Positions 50,193 through 63,541 of a stretch of DNA of 64,000 nucleotides are shown one piece after another; position 1 is the first letter of the stretch, and each line of letters starts with the position of its first letter. A program made the translations under genes and the position numbers. The notes beneath the pieces were generated by a model. That model saw only the letters and a list, made by a program, of their open reading frames with translations. It had not been told where the DNA came from and did no database searches. Location of the stretch: NCBI RefSeq assembly GCF_001949145.1, contig NW_019091357.1:3744228-3808227 (forward strand), read 5' to 3'. The DNA comes from Acanthaster planci. Taxonomy: Eukaryota.

Positions 50193-53017
50193 TTAGAAGA
50201 CTGCACATACATGTAGCCGTTAAGGCATTTGGTGCTTTCCTTAGTACTCAGTGTCGACCTGCCAATAGAAAAGCACCCGTAGCAGCTGTATGATGTTCAT
50301 CAATAACACCATGACCCTGCTCTTTGTCTGCTAGCCTTTGACATTTTACACTCGGGGCCTGTGTACAGGATAGGAACATGCACCTGGGAAACGTTTTATA
50401 AAAATGACAATAACGTTCAGTTTCAAAAACGTGGAGGAAACCCCGTACGAGATTCCCAGGAAAGTTACCCCTTTTTGGAGAGGCCTCGAAACCCAAACCC
50501 ACGATGCCAGCCTGGTTGGGAATGTAGAACCATTGTGATAGGTGTTAGAAGCGAAAGCTCCAACTGAATTCCATTGACAACCCACTCAACGTTAAAATTT
50601 AAAGGGTCCATCGTGAACTTGAAGGCTCTAGGCCTATAAGGGCTGGGGGTGCGGTTTTATGCTAATAAAATTTAGGAGCAAAAGTGCGATTTCATCGAAA
50701 ACAGGAACCTCAGTCTCCTGACGACGGACAGAAACCTTTGAGTTCCTCACGGTCTTTTCAGAACCAGACTCACAAAAAGAGATCGTATCCTTGCATAGTG
50801 CTACCGCAAGCTTTCCACCTTAGGAACCTCGGTGTTACAGCTATGTCAGCACTGAAATTTGATAGAATCTTGGGTATTCTGCCGTCTTATTCTTTCATGA
50901 TTTGCACAGTTGTTTCAGTTCTTAACAGAACCCCATTACAGTTACTATTATTTCTAATTGTCTTATGGATTCACAACAGAGACACTGTCTGAAAATTACA
51001 GAAATTGCATGTATTTCAATACAATTTACCAGAAAGATCGGAGATGTCAAATAGTTTTCGTATATTAATTTTTGGAAGAGTACAATGTTTCAAATGTCAA
51101 AATTTGTGTCTAGTGAGAAAAAAATCCACGTATTGACCCTTTAAATCTCTAAGGCAGTGTGACCTATCAAAATCAATGTTCGATTATTTGGTAATTCATC
51201 GAATAAAACATTATCGGCCGTGGGGGAGGAACTTCAGTGGTTATGGTCGTTCTAATCAGTAGACTTTGCCCGGGGGCGGGTGTTTAAGTGGTCTGGAGTT
51301 CACAATTTAGAGCTGTTATTCCTGATGCTGAAACCTCCCTATTGCCGCATTAAGTACGTCTTCCTCCTGTTGTATGGCCTCTTGTAAACCTACGTAGCAA
51401 CTGCAATCGTGTGGGATGTCCACGTATTGAAGCCTGTGGGGCCATTTTTGTCCTTACACATGCGTCGTACGACCGTGTTGCAGCTTTTAGATGTGACTTA
51501 ACGGTTGAAATTGTTTCCACTGGTTCCATTCCTGTACTATGGTGCCTACATCAGAAGAGATTTTAAAAGGTTGAAATGGCCAGCTGTATCACAAGTCAAT
51601 AAAATCATAACTTTAGAGCTGAGTTTGGCCAAATATGATGCGAGTAACAATGAGACAGATTTCTGTCATTCAAGTTTGCGGCACAAGACGTGATACAGGT
51701 CCACCCGGGTACCCCCTTCCATCCACTGATGATGTATAGTCGAGAATGGGACCCATCATTCGAGGGTTATAAATATGCCCATTTACTTCTGTTTTGTTTA
51801 CCTTTCCTCTGATGCTGGTCAGGCAGCTATAGACCTAATCTGTTATCGCAGCTTGAAGGGTCAAATGAAACAACTAACGCCACTTCAGGTGGATTACAGC
51901 GTTCAAACAGAGGGGTAATTTGATATTTTCAGATCAACCCCTGTTTGTCACTTTGTCTGAACGTACCCTATTTGGACTCCCAAATGAAAAATCGGTGGCT
52001 TAGCGTAAGCTGCGCCAAAAATAACGCCCCCCCACCGCGGCAATGAGCCACATAATTACGCTTGGCAAACGGACCTGATTTCGTGGCGTAGCATATTCAA
52101 TTTGATGCATGGGCTACGGGTCCTTCGCACAAGCAGCGTGCTGGACGGGGACACGCGCTCATCATTTTACACTGAACACTGAGACTTAAAAAATACTGTT
52201 TGAATAATTCGGGTGCATGTTTCATCGCGCCTGCAATGGCAAAATACCATGCCATGCAAAAAAGTTTCATTTATATCTGCATATGCACAAGGCCTTTAGG
52301 GTACGTGTATACCCACCGATTGCCTTGTTTTTAAAACACAGTTTATGTTTCATTTTTCCCGTGAGCGCGCTTTTCATTGAACTTCCGCTAGGTCTAGTTT
52401 GGTACGCCGGGTGGTGCTGGCGTACCTCCCTTGTCTGGACGAGGGCATATTTTGTATTATGTTCTTCTTATCTAAACTGAGTACAAATTTAGATTAACTA
52501 TTTCCATGTCTGATACTCTTAGAATGAAGGATTCAAGAGGCAAATTACTGTCCAAGGCTTAAAATATTGGCATTTTTTCATCAGCTCTTGTGAATCTTTC
52601 TTAAGAAGATCTTGGCTTGAAATGTTCTCAAGGCGGTGACGCCAAGAGGCGTCAAAGCCACTGAGTCAGCACCGTTAGTTTTGAAGCTAGCTAGTCTCAA
52701 GACAGCTGTTTCTATTCAATTACATGTCATCATAGTCAGTCATCATAGAGCTGGCACTTGCAAGATGTAGGCCTATCAGCGGTGTGTGAAGGACCAGCGT
52801 CTGGCAGGACTAAGACTCAAAGAGCAGTTAAACTGCATGATACCTCGCGTGGAACTGGGAGTCGATCATCATTATCCACCTTGAGCAGAAGTACCCCCCC
52901 CCGCCATCGATTGAAAAGAGGCATATTGGTTGGAAGTATAGGTTTTGTTGGTAGCAAATCGCTACCAGCGATGCGACCGTAACTGTTGCACTTGGTCAAG
53001 CTCGGGGCTTATGGACC

Positions 53018-56000
53018 ATGGGCGGGTTAAGGCCGTTACTACTATGTTCCTGTCTTCAGAGATGGTGGGGATGGATCATCGTCTACATAGCCTTAGTGCA
53101 AATGGCGCTGGCCCTGGGGACGGCATTCAACTACAGCATCCTGTTCCTCAGTTTCCTCCAAGAATTCAAGAGCAGCGCAGCGCTGACTGGTAAGTCCTTT
53201 TGGAATGTCTTGGTCCCTCTGGCATTTCAAAAGGTTTTATTCCCGTTGCAGGTGTTACGTACCGAGAGCCAATTTTAAACTTGTTTTCAAAGCAAGAATT
53301 TCTCAGTTTCCATTCCAGCTAAAATGAAATATTCCACTTCTGGCACTTACATCAGGCCTTAAAGTCTGCCAGGGCTGAACATCGGAGGACGAGTTTTGGT
53401 CGGAAGACATGTCCCCATTGTTTTTCACCACATGCATATTAAAAGCACCATTTTTAAAATAATCTGTACAACGACACTTCGGGGTGGGTGAGGATTCTTT
53501 TTGAATTGGAAAAGTGGACGGACATTCAAAAACAAAAAAAGGAAGAAAACTCAATTTCCGCCCCCACTCAAGATCTAGGAATGCCATTGCTTTGACTGGG
53601 TAATTTTGAATATGAAGGTGTGTCTGTCGTCTACAATACAGTTGGCAGACCTGTATTGTAGATGACAGACACACCTTCATATTCAAAATTCACCTATATA
53701 TAGTATCAACATGTCTTCGTTGACAAAAAAAAGAAATGAAAACTCAATTCGACTATTGCTTCGTCACAATTCATTAATCTCTTTGTTATTCTTTTGTCCA
53801 TCACCATTTTCCATCAGACAAATAACTGGGGCGATTTTAACGTGCATTTACTTTAGGAACTTTAAAGTCCGATCCATCCAATCCACTGGGGAAGCTGCTT
53901 TTGGAATTCAACATTTCAAAACGGGGATTACAGTTGATTTATATTTCTCTCCCCCCCCCACCCCCAAGGTTGGGTCGGGTCGATTGCCAACGGCCTACTC
54001 TGCTCTGGCAGCCCCGTCTCAGTTCTGCTGATACGGTACCTCGGCCACCGCCCGACCAATCTCCTCGGCTCAGTCCTGTACTGCGGGGGTTTCATCTTGA
54101 CCGCCTTCATGTCGGCCCTGGGCTACACCTTCTTAACCTTCGGCCTGCTGGTCGGCCTGGGGACCAATTTCGTCTTCCAGTCGGTCTGTTCCGTGCTGTT
54201 GGAGTGGTTCCCTGGGGAGAACTGCTCGCGCGCCACGGCCCTGGCCCTCCTAGGACCATCCATCGGTAAGGCCTGCTTGTGTGTATACTCTCTTTAATTA
54301 GCTATCGCACACAAACAAACATCTAAAATAATACCTTTGAGGGCTGTGAATGCGACATTGTGTGACGGGACAAATGTTGTCTGTGATTTTTGACCTGCGC
54401 CCCGGTAGACATGAAAACGGTTTAGGCCAAGTCAAGAAAGGTCTGTGTTGGGAGATTTTCTCAGTTGAAAAAAATCCTTACTCCTTTCAAGTCATCAGGT
54501 GAAGTGAAATTTCGAACCAGATTCCACCCTATGTTCAAGTAAGGTCTTTTAAATTTAATATTTTCTGCTCGGCTGTGTGTGTATGGGGGGTAAGAGTGTG
54601 CCAGCTGGCTCTGCACGTTAAGGTTTTGTTGACCTGTCAGGGGTGTCCCGCGCTTTTAGACGGGTCATCGGCTGATAAGACAAATAGTAACTTCAGTCTG
54701 TGAGTAAGGGTTTGAAAAAGGAAGTTAATAATTCATGATTATCAATGTACTTTCAGATGGGGAAAACAGGTGGCCTCTGGAACGCGTTTGCTATATAAAG
54801 TGCAAGGTCGAATTATCAATTTTTATGTCCTGTCATGCAGCGAAATCATAAAGGCATACTCTTTTTGCCTTGTGTCACTAAAGTTTCTTTGGGAATAGAT
54901 TACACATCAAACTTGTGTATGTTGCTGATGCATTACAATCGTAATAATCTACAGGGGGCGAGTTGGTTCACGGGTACAAGAGTAAAATGCTTTGAACGTT
55001 GACAGAAAGACTGTCTGTCAAATTCTTACCCTCTTTTAGCCCATGTTCTGAATCAGAATTGAAACATTGCTAAATTCCATCCAACAATTGTATAATTATG
55101 ACTATGTGCTCTTTTTTCATCTTTTCGACAAAGGTATGCTCGTATTTGCTCCCGTAATGAACGCGCTCATAGCGGCGTACAGCTGGCGCAAAACCCTCAT
55201 AATAATCGGTGTGGGCAACTTGCTGGTCAGTCTCGTGCACGGTGCTTTCATCACGCTGCCAGCGCAGACGGCCGCGCCGACGACAGGCGACGCGAAGGAT
55301 GGCCATCTGGAGTTGAGCGAGACTCCTGCGAAGGAAACGGAAGCGGCCCTGGAGCCCGAGACTGTCACTGAGACCGATTGTCGGCAAAGCCCAAAACTAC
55401 TTGGGCTCGTCAGGATCTTGCTGCGTGTGGACACGTGGCTTTGGGTGCTCTGCCTAACGCTGGGCAATCTCGGATGGTCTTTCATTGTAGTCAGCTATGT
55501 GAGTTGGTCCTTTTGGCTGTAACCGTCAGTCTCATGTCAGTCTGATTTCATTTGCCGAAAGCAGGGGACAAAACACAATGACCGGTAACCTACATGTACA
55601 TGTATGTTATACAGTACGTAGAGCAAGCAAGTTGGAGCAATGTATAAAAAACAGCAAAGGCAACGAAGTGCCTACGTTACTTACTTTGGCCACATAAAAG
55701 TACATCTAAGGGCCGGTTTATACTTCGTGCGAATGCGAACGCGAATTTGTGAAGGCAGGGCAGATCAAAATGTTTGTGTTGCGAATTCGCAAAAGTTGAA
55801 TACATTCCAACTCGAGTGAAATTTCGCCACTAAGTTGTCGGGACGTCAAATTCGCTTCGCTTTCGCCTATACTCCCACAGGCTAGGTTGAACCAGCCTTA
55901 AGGTAGGATGGCATGATTTCGCTTGTCCACCACTGCCATTACAACCCCCCTCCCTCAGTGCCTCAGAGCCTTTTGCGGGTTAGCTTTGACCCAAATCTGG

Positions 56001-58189
56001 TACAATGAGTTTTTTAAACTCACATGAACATAACAATTTGATTTCTCTTTACTAAAACCACTGTTGCTATACCTCGTGATTCGGGGCAAGCTTTTGCTTA
56101 GTGACATAAGAGACGCCTTGTAACAATAGGCCTACACTGTTCTTAATGGATAAGAAAGACGCAAAGGAACCAGTCCATTCCAGAAATGGTGGTCGCTATG
56201 CAAAAGCTTGCCCCGAATCACGAAGTATAGCAACAGTGTCTTTAGTCTGAGGAATTCAAATCGTTATGTTTATGTGCAGTCAGATAACTCAGTGCACCAG
56301 ATTTTATTCAAATTCAACTCGCAAATGGCTTATTCGAAGATTGGAAGCAGCTTTGTTTTCTTAAGAGCTAGGACAAAACCATGTAGTCAGTCTCCCCAGA
56401 AAAAATCCCCCATTCAAAATGTTGTTCTGTAAAATAGAACAGAGATGAACGATGACGTTTTCCTTTTAACGTTACACCTCATTTTCATCCCCGTGTAGGC
56501 GAGCTTCATGGAGCACGATCTTCGTTTCACCCGCGAGAACATTTCCCTTGCCATTGCCCTGTTTGCAGTGGGGGAGATTGTGGGTAAAGCCGGCCTGTCC
56601 CTCGTCAGCGACCACCTGCCTTGCCTGAAGCTTTACGTTGTGCTGGCGGGCTCCGTCTTGGGAGGCCTCGCCTCCGGACTGATGACCCTGCTGAGTGCGC
56701 TACCCTCCATGTTGGCCGTTTCATTTTGTAAGTTGGGAGATCCAAATCTACCTTGCGAATCAATGCAGAAACAAAAAGTAGCGCGTTTTCACGTGGAAAC
56801 GACGTCTCGTTAAGAATACGTCGAAAATATTAAGCCTCAGAAATAAAGGAAGAAGTGGACACTGTGTTGAGCTGATTTGTTTTGCAAGATGTTTTCGTTT
56901 AAAAACAGAACAGTCATGGTGTAGGTGTTTTCAAACATGTTTATAATCACTTACATTCTGCACCCAGTAACGTCTGCTTTCCTATGCAAAAACGTGAAGT
57001 AGAGTTTAGTGCACTGTGCTGCTTTTAGGTGAGTTTAGGCCTTTTTTTGGTCGAAGGTTTGCCCCCTCTGCAACCTTTTACTGCCCTTGAAAATGTTTTC
57101 AGCTCCGTGGACAGGCTTTCTTGCACAATCCCCGTTGAGGGTTTTTTGGCTGGAATTCGGCCTGATATCTTACATTCAAAGAGTGACATTTTACCCATTT
57201 TGCCGCTTTGACTGTTGACCAGAATGTTTGCAAAGGAAATTAAGGTAATGTTTGACTTTTAATAAAGACTGCTGTATTTTTTTCCAAGTTCTGGGATTCT
57301 TCCGCGCTGGGTCGTACGGCATGCCACTAGCCGCTGCGATGGAGATCTTTGGAGAGTACGGGGCAGATGCTGTCTCCACACTGGTACTCATGCCGTGGGG
57401 CTTCGGGGTGTTCATTGGTGCGCCGTTGTCCGGTGAGAAGATTACACGACGCATAATAATAGGCAACCGGCCGGACCATTTAGACTGATCTAGCTCATTC
57501 TTGCCAAGTCGATCAAGCCCAGCCTCGTTTAGTCAAGCCCAGACCCACTCATGAGCCCAACCCTACCTAACCTTGCCCAGTCCATTCCAATTAAATCCCA
57601 CCCATGCCACCCAATTCAGTCCAGTTCAGCACAGTAAAGCCTAATCCAGCCCAGCCTATCGTCCTTAACCTGACCCCACCTCGCGTTATCCAACTCGTGC
57701 AGTCCAAACTAATCCAATTAAACTCAACCTGGCCAAATCCACTCCTTTCCAACCTGCAAACCTAACCCAATACAATCTAATCCCACCGATCCCAAACCAT
57801 CCGTAACCCGTAACTTAATTCACCCGCCCAGCCCAGCCTGAGTACTTCAGCTGGCCTTAGCTTACCCTCACCCCGCCAAACCCAGTCTATACCGGCGTTC
57901 TGTCCCCAACCGCACTTGGTATAGTAAACCATACGCAGCCAACACCAACGCTTACTGTAACACATTTGCATTTTCATATTTGCTTTCATTTTTGCATGCT
58001 TTTTCAGGCGGCCTTTACGATTTGACGGGAGACTATACCGTAAGCCTGCTCGTCATCACCGGTGTATTTCTCCTTTCTGCGGTTGGAGCTGCGGCAATCC
58101 CAATCAAGAAACGACTCCAGCAAACGACGCCTACAATAGGAAGAACAATTAACGGCACTTCCATATACATGTATTATGAAGAAGTCTAG
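53018..58189 (+). CDS. Major facilitator superfamily transporter, SLC16/monocarboxylate transporter-like; 6 coding exons
   Basis: Exons 53018-53189, 53969-54265, 55134-55498, 56499-56727, 57289-57432 and 58008-58189, all GT-AG and in frame. WGWIIV at TM1, GWVGSI, RYLGHR loop, EWFP...RATALALLG, YSWR, a central hydrophilic loop, and GAPLSGGLYDLTGDY typical of the SLC16 C-terminus. Confidence 0.88.
53602..53690. repeat. Near-perfect 40-bp-arm palindrome in MFS intron 1
   Basis: Arm 53602-53641 is the reverse complement of 53651-53690 except at one position (G-U compatible on the + strand); 9-nt loop. Confidence 0.9.
55710..55897. mobile_element. PIF/Harbinger-like MITE
   Basis: TAA-GGGCCGGTTTATACT ... 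AGGTTGAACCAGCC-TTA imperfect TIRs with TWA flanks; internal GCGAA/TTCGC inverted motifs. Confidence 0.5.
56051..56246. mobile_element. MITE with ~55-bp terminal inverted repeats
   Basis: CACTGTTGCTATACCTCGTGATTCGGGGCAAGCTTTTGC (from 56059) pairs with GCAAAAGCTTGCCCCGAATCACGAAGTATAGCAACAGTG (to 56238) with one mismatch; weaker pairing extends both ways. Confidence 0.75.
57500..57945. repeat. Degenerate C-rich pentamer repeat (CCCAA/CCCAG/CCTAA family) in MFS intron 5
   Basis: Visible 5-nt periodicity, e.g. AGCCC AGCCT, AACCT GACCC CACCT, AATCC AATTA AACTC AACCT. Confidence 0.7.
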
Positions 58190-59660
58190 TCTAATAAGAC
58201 AAAATATGATGCACGTTTTGTGTGAAGAGCCAGATTTTTTATCATTGGCATTGGTGCCTTTTATTTATTGGTTAATGTTGAATGTAAAATAACCTATGAT
58301 TTTACTATTTACAAACAAATCTGCCAATTTTAAAGTGTTTTCCTCAAAGAAGAGTATTTGTGGAAATAAGTGGAATATTTCCTCATATTACTGTTGAACA
58401 TAGCAGCGATGTGCATAGCATAAACACTCGTATTACCCTTATGCAAGCTTAGTAAGGTGGGACTGTAATGAAAATAATTTCATAAATACCTGGGACAGTT
58501 TTTCTATTCCTATTGGTCGAAACCTGTCAGGTGACTGTGTATTAACATTTGAAAATGCCCGCTTCGTAACTCACCTGCTGGCACATGGATACGGGCATAG
58601 ATACGGGCTCTGATCTCCATATAATGGAGATCAATGGATAAGAGACTGTTAATCGGGTCTGATTGGTCAGTAGTCTGTGTGCACCCAACACGCCGCACGT
58701 GCGCCAGGTTTATCGAAGTGGATTCTCTTGTACAACTTTCAAAAGGAATACACCATAAAAATGGATGGGGGTGTTCGGGAAAATGAAAGTAAAAGTTTAA
58801 TAACAAAATCGTCGAAAGTCCATCATATGTTGACTCCTTTTGACTCTCTAAATAAAAAGGTATTAATAATGGAAATAAATATGTGCTTGGCCGGTCTTAA
58901 ACTAACGTTTAAGACCTTGCTCAGGAGAACGAACGCTGGAAATAGTTGTGTTCAGTCTACTGAGCCGTTCTTAAACGCAAAGATGAGAATGGCCAAGCAC
59001 GTACTGATATTATGATTTAAAACATTGGTAAGACGCTTTCTCAACTTCCGTTTCGTCTTTTCTTCACTCGGAAGAAGTTGTCCCGCAACCACCACCGTGG
59101 CCCTGATCATAACTACTCGTGTATGACTCGTTCGTCTATAGAGTGCTGAAGTGTGACGTCATTCTGAACTAGAAAGTGTAGTGCAAACGAATGGATTACG
59201 CGGGCGTGTTGGTTCACGCCCTGGTTCTCACGCTAACGCACTTTTAAACGCATGATACTGTGCGCATGACATATCCACTTCGGTATTCTGAAGAGTACAG
59301 AAGTGTGACGTCATTTTGAGCATTAACTTCCGTACTCTGTAGTCTTTTGTTCTTGAAATGAGGAGCTTGTATTTTATAAATGTTTTTTTGAAGAACGTCA
59401 GTCACTCATGTTTAAGTTTGATTTTTCCCTAAATTTGTGGAATTTATCAAATCGTAAATACTGCGATTTCTCCAGTCCAACCGGTCGACTAAGGGCGCCC
59501 TTACGTATGTACGTTTTGTAGGGGTGAGTTGCATAAATATCGACTTCCCTTAACAAAACACGTGGGCGTTGCGTTTGGCTTTCAAAATCACCTCGGAAGC
59601 GATTTGACGGGTACGCAACCCTAGGTGCAAAAGTTGACGCAAATATATGGAAAGGTGCCT

Positions 59661-62600
59661 TTAGAGCTCTGATGGGTCTGCGTAGGCGTATTCGTTCTCC
59701 GTAATCCCTGTCGCCAGCCGACCGTTCTTTATCTCAGTTTCCTTGGTGGGGGGACGTGGCTCGCTTGCGTTGTAGACTGGGGCGCCCATTGAGTTGTCTC
59801 GTTCCTCGATCACGAAATAGTCGGCGTTGGGTGGCTGGTCGGTGCCGGTTTCAGGGGCGCGCAGCCGAGGCGTGTCTGCGTACATGTACACGAGAGGATT
59901 CGAAACGTTTAGGTTCCCCAGTACCCCCTTTGCGGCAGCTGTGGAGCCCGAAGTCGGATCTGCGTACGCGTAATAGTGGCTACCTTTGTCATTGTCCACC
60001 GTGATATCTGACATTCGTGACGGCTTATCAACCGCCGATGGCGTGGCTTTCTCCTCAACCACTCCCGTAGTGTACTGCCCGTTACCTGCCAAGTCGCCCT
60101 TGTCTTCAACGGTGAAATAGTCTGCACTGCTGCTCAACCCTTCATTTGTTTCATCCACATCTTTGGCTGGTTCCAGAGTAAAATACAGTGCTTTTTCAGA
60201 GCCCTTCTTCGATGTCGTTGACCCTTTCTGTGGTTCTATCTCTCCACTGAGAAGTTCTAGGTAATATGGACTGGCGGTTTTCCCGACAGTCTCATCGGTC
60301 GGCCCTGATGGATTTGACGCCTGGTGTTCACCCGAATTTGTGGTTGGTGGTGAAATAGGCACAACGTAATCTCTTTCGGTTTCGTCATCTACACCGCTAG
60401 CGTATCGTGCGTTTACCGCTTCCTCCACGGTGAAGTAAACATCGTCTGCTGAACCCTTTGTTTGGCTGGGAACCATGTACCCAGCTTGTGCGTTATCACG
60501 TTCTTCCATCATAAGGGGTTTCAAGCCCTGTGCATTTTCATAAACGGCACTGTTTTGTTCGAAGCCCCCTGACGGCTGTGAAGCGGCTGTAGACCCGTTG
60601 TGTTTTCCTCTTGGGTGTCTGGAAATACAAAGACAAGAAAAATACACATTCAAAGAAATCTGAGGAAAAGTGCCCTACATGTTCATCGGCAAAGTTTTGA
60701 CTGAATTTAAGGAGGCCTTTTCCGAGTTTTCACCCCTTCAAAGAATTATATGATCTCCTGCGCCATTTCGTGAAAGCGTCGGGTCGAAATGATTTGGGAT
60801 TTTACATGCACTAGGCATCAGTCCATTGGTTTATGTTTAAACTGAATTCCGATCCGAAGCATGGGGCATGGACTTCAATATGTTTCAGGGGGCTCTTATG
60901 GTGAATCAGAAGGACCACTGTGAAAGGCATAAGCATTGAATGCGTTGTGTGGCGGAGCCTTAATTTTTCGATGTAATGTGCCCTATTCAGTTAGAAATTA
61001 CGGGGTTTTCTTTGAAAAACAATCAGTAAAACATCAAATCTTATCCTTCATTGTACCTTTTGAGAAGACAGAAGACAATGAAACATGCACATACGATGAA
61101 CAGGATACATCCTAATGCTAGTCCAATGTATTTTCCTGGAAAAAAAAGAACCAAAAAAGGTTTAAAATACATCAAGTCAAATTGCTATGGAATATCGGTC
61201 AAGAGCGATACAGGTCCCTCTTTTCAGATATATACAGATTAAACCGTCTCTATGGTCCCATTCCTCCCATTGATGGCGCTGTGAACGAAGAATTTGCTAG
61301 ATTCAGATACGTGGAATTATACGATTGAGACTGTTGATCTTTTGATCGTAAAGAGGGCACACATAATTTGAAAAAAATGAATGACCACGATATCATTGCA
61401 AGGTCTTACTGTTACACTTACCTAAATGTGATCTATATTGCGTTTCTAATCCACCAGCATTGGTCGCGGCTTCCGCTGTCGTGCCATGTCCGTGGTCGAT
61501 CAACTGCGTCAGTATGGGTCTCTGGGTTCCCTCAGTAAGGGTCTGGACTCTGCCAGTTACCAGGTTGGTAACTGGTCCCACCGTCGTCTGCTCAGGACTC
61601 ACCATCCCTCTGCCAGTGGTTAATCTCTTCCCTGGCTCCGTCAGCTTGGTGGTAGAGGCGACACGGAGCGTGTTGTGGCCTGATTCTACCGATGTTGCTC
61701 TCTGATGCGTGGTTCTGTCTTCTGTTGACTGCCCTGAAATTGTTAGTATTTGAGAGTCCTTGGGCGACTCTGTGGTTGAAGAATCTGACAAAAAAGAAAA
61801 AATGCATTGCGAAGCCGAAGGCAGGACAAGAAAATTAGATGCAACATACTTCAAGCAAAAGTTTTGCATAATGCTTCATGTTTGTGAAAAGATATGACTC
61901 ATTAATCTGTCAAGACTACACTAAAAACTGGAGTTTAACCCCCTGCCCCCTGACTGATCTCAAGAGACGTTATTACTGCGGTGGCGTCAAGCTCGTGCGC
62001 GAGTGCGTACTCTATAAGCTTGACGCGCGCGTGCATTAATTGGTTGGAGAGGCATGCTTTGGGCGTGTATCACTTGCCCACAACCATGTGTGATGTCACC
62101 CCTTGTAATTGCCTGTGAATCTGGTCTCCCAATCCGTCCGAGTGTGACCAACGGAGGGTGACGTTTTACTAGTAACAGAGGCTCCTTTGGAGGGAACTGC
62201 ACTACTCTGGTTCACGCACAACTATGCACTGCTGCCGCATAGCTACCAACAAAATGAACACTTCTTACCAACTTGGCTCTTTTCAACCAATCAGGATCAA
62301 GCTTTCTGCTGAAAGCGACTTAGCTTATAATTAGCCCTAATCGTAGCATATTTTCCAATGAAGTATACATGGGCGTAGTTATACAATAAACCCGTTGAAG
62401 GGGATACAATTGGCAATAAGAACAATTCAGGCTGATTTATTGGATGATACTCACGGATACAAGTCACTCCGGCTCCTTTGGTGTCTCTGCATCTGCCGTT
62501 TGATTGTTTGTGGCTACAATCTGAGAGTGCCACCTCATCTGCAGAAACGGAAACACGACCGACATAGGTCTAACGGTGGACCTTACGAGCAGAGTTCAGG

Positions 62601-63541
62601 AGTAAAAAGGACTGGAGGATTTATCTCGAAGTTCGTGCCACGGATAGCATTAACACGGTTTATGGATTTTGAGCAAACTCGAGAAAGGAAACTGATTCTT
62701 CTCTTTTGAATTAGAGCAGGGAAAGACACTGGAATAAATCTCATGATTTTCTTAAAGAGATTTACCCTTTTTACCAAAGTTATACAATACGGGAGATCTA
62801 GTACTCACTCCCTCTGCATTTGAAATCGTCTACCGAATTTGAACTCCTGTTAACGATGCGAAGGCCTTTCATTGTTCGGGAAAGCCCCTCGAATCCCAGC
62901 TCCAGACAGACCACTTCACCATCTCGGTCTCCCCAACCTTTATCGCATACGTCTCGCCACGATTCGCCGTTAATTTGTACTTGCAAGCGACCAGAGCTTG
63001 GTTGGCCAGCCAGTGGTAACAGACGGGCACCAGTGATTACTCCTTGTAGAAAAATGTGCATGGAGACGAGATGTTCTAGCGTTATTAGCCACTTTGGTAT
63101 TGCGAAAACTATGTACCCTGTGTTTCGAGAGTTAAGGCTTGAGGTTTAGGCTTTAGCTTTAACGGACGCTAAATAACCCGGTCTTATTTGGAACATGGCA
63201 CAAGCCCTCATCATTTATTATTTAGTAATGTCCATCTTTGGCTGAGTTCCACGCAGGATCACGGGTAACTGTTACTTGGCACAATTTCATGTCGCAGTGA
63301 AATGCTTTTTGTGCATGGATCAACCAGACTTTTTGGGTCTTTATTTGTCCTTCTTTCTTCCTCTACCACTATTGCTATTTCAAAACAGAATTGAACAGCA
63401 TGTGAAAAGAGTTTGTGTTTGGAAATCTGTGTACAAATAGATAGGCCATAAATAAAACATATATATACCATTATTTCGCCTTTGCGTTGATAGCTGTGGC
63501 GCCATGCACGTGATGACTAGCAGCAGGTACAGCAGCTTCAT
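59661..63541 (-). CDS. Type I membrane protein: signal peptide, one group A SRCR domain, Ser/Thr-rich stalk, TM helix and long tyrosine-motif cytoplasmic tail (~596 aa)
   Basis: Exons (minus) 63541-63469 (MKLLYLLLVITCMA), 63042-62809 and 62538-62455 (SGRLQV...WRDVCDKGWGDRDGEVVCLELGF...FKCRGNEVALSDCSH...C...AGVTC; 6 Cys), 61784-61422 (Thr-rich), 61135-61057 (IGLALGCILFIVCACFIVFCLLKR) and 60618-59661. All GT-AG with compatible phases. An acceptor before 63551 implies a further 5' exon. Confidence 0.88.

Noticed and set aside
49869..50216. ORFs spanning the N run
   Set aside because: Artefacts of the assembly gap.
55070..55485. Antisense ORFs over MFS exon 3, and similar ones over other exons
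   Set aside because: Shadows of the codon bias of the real coding strand.
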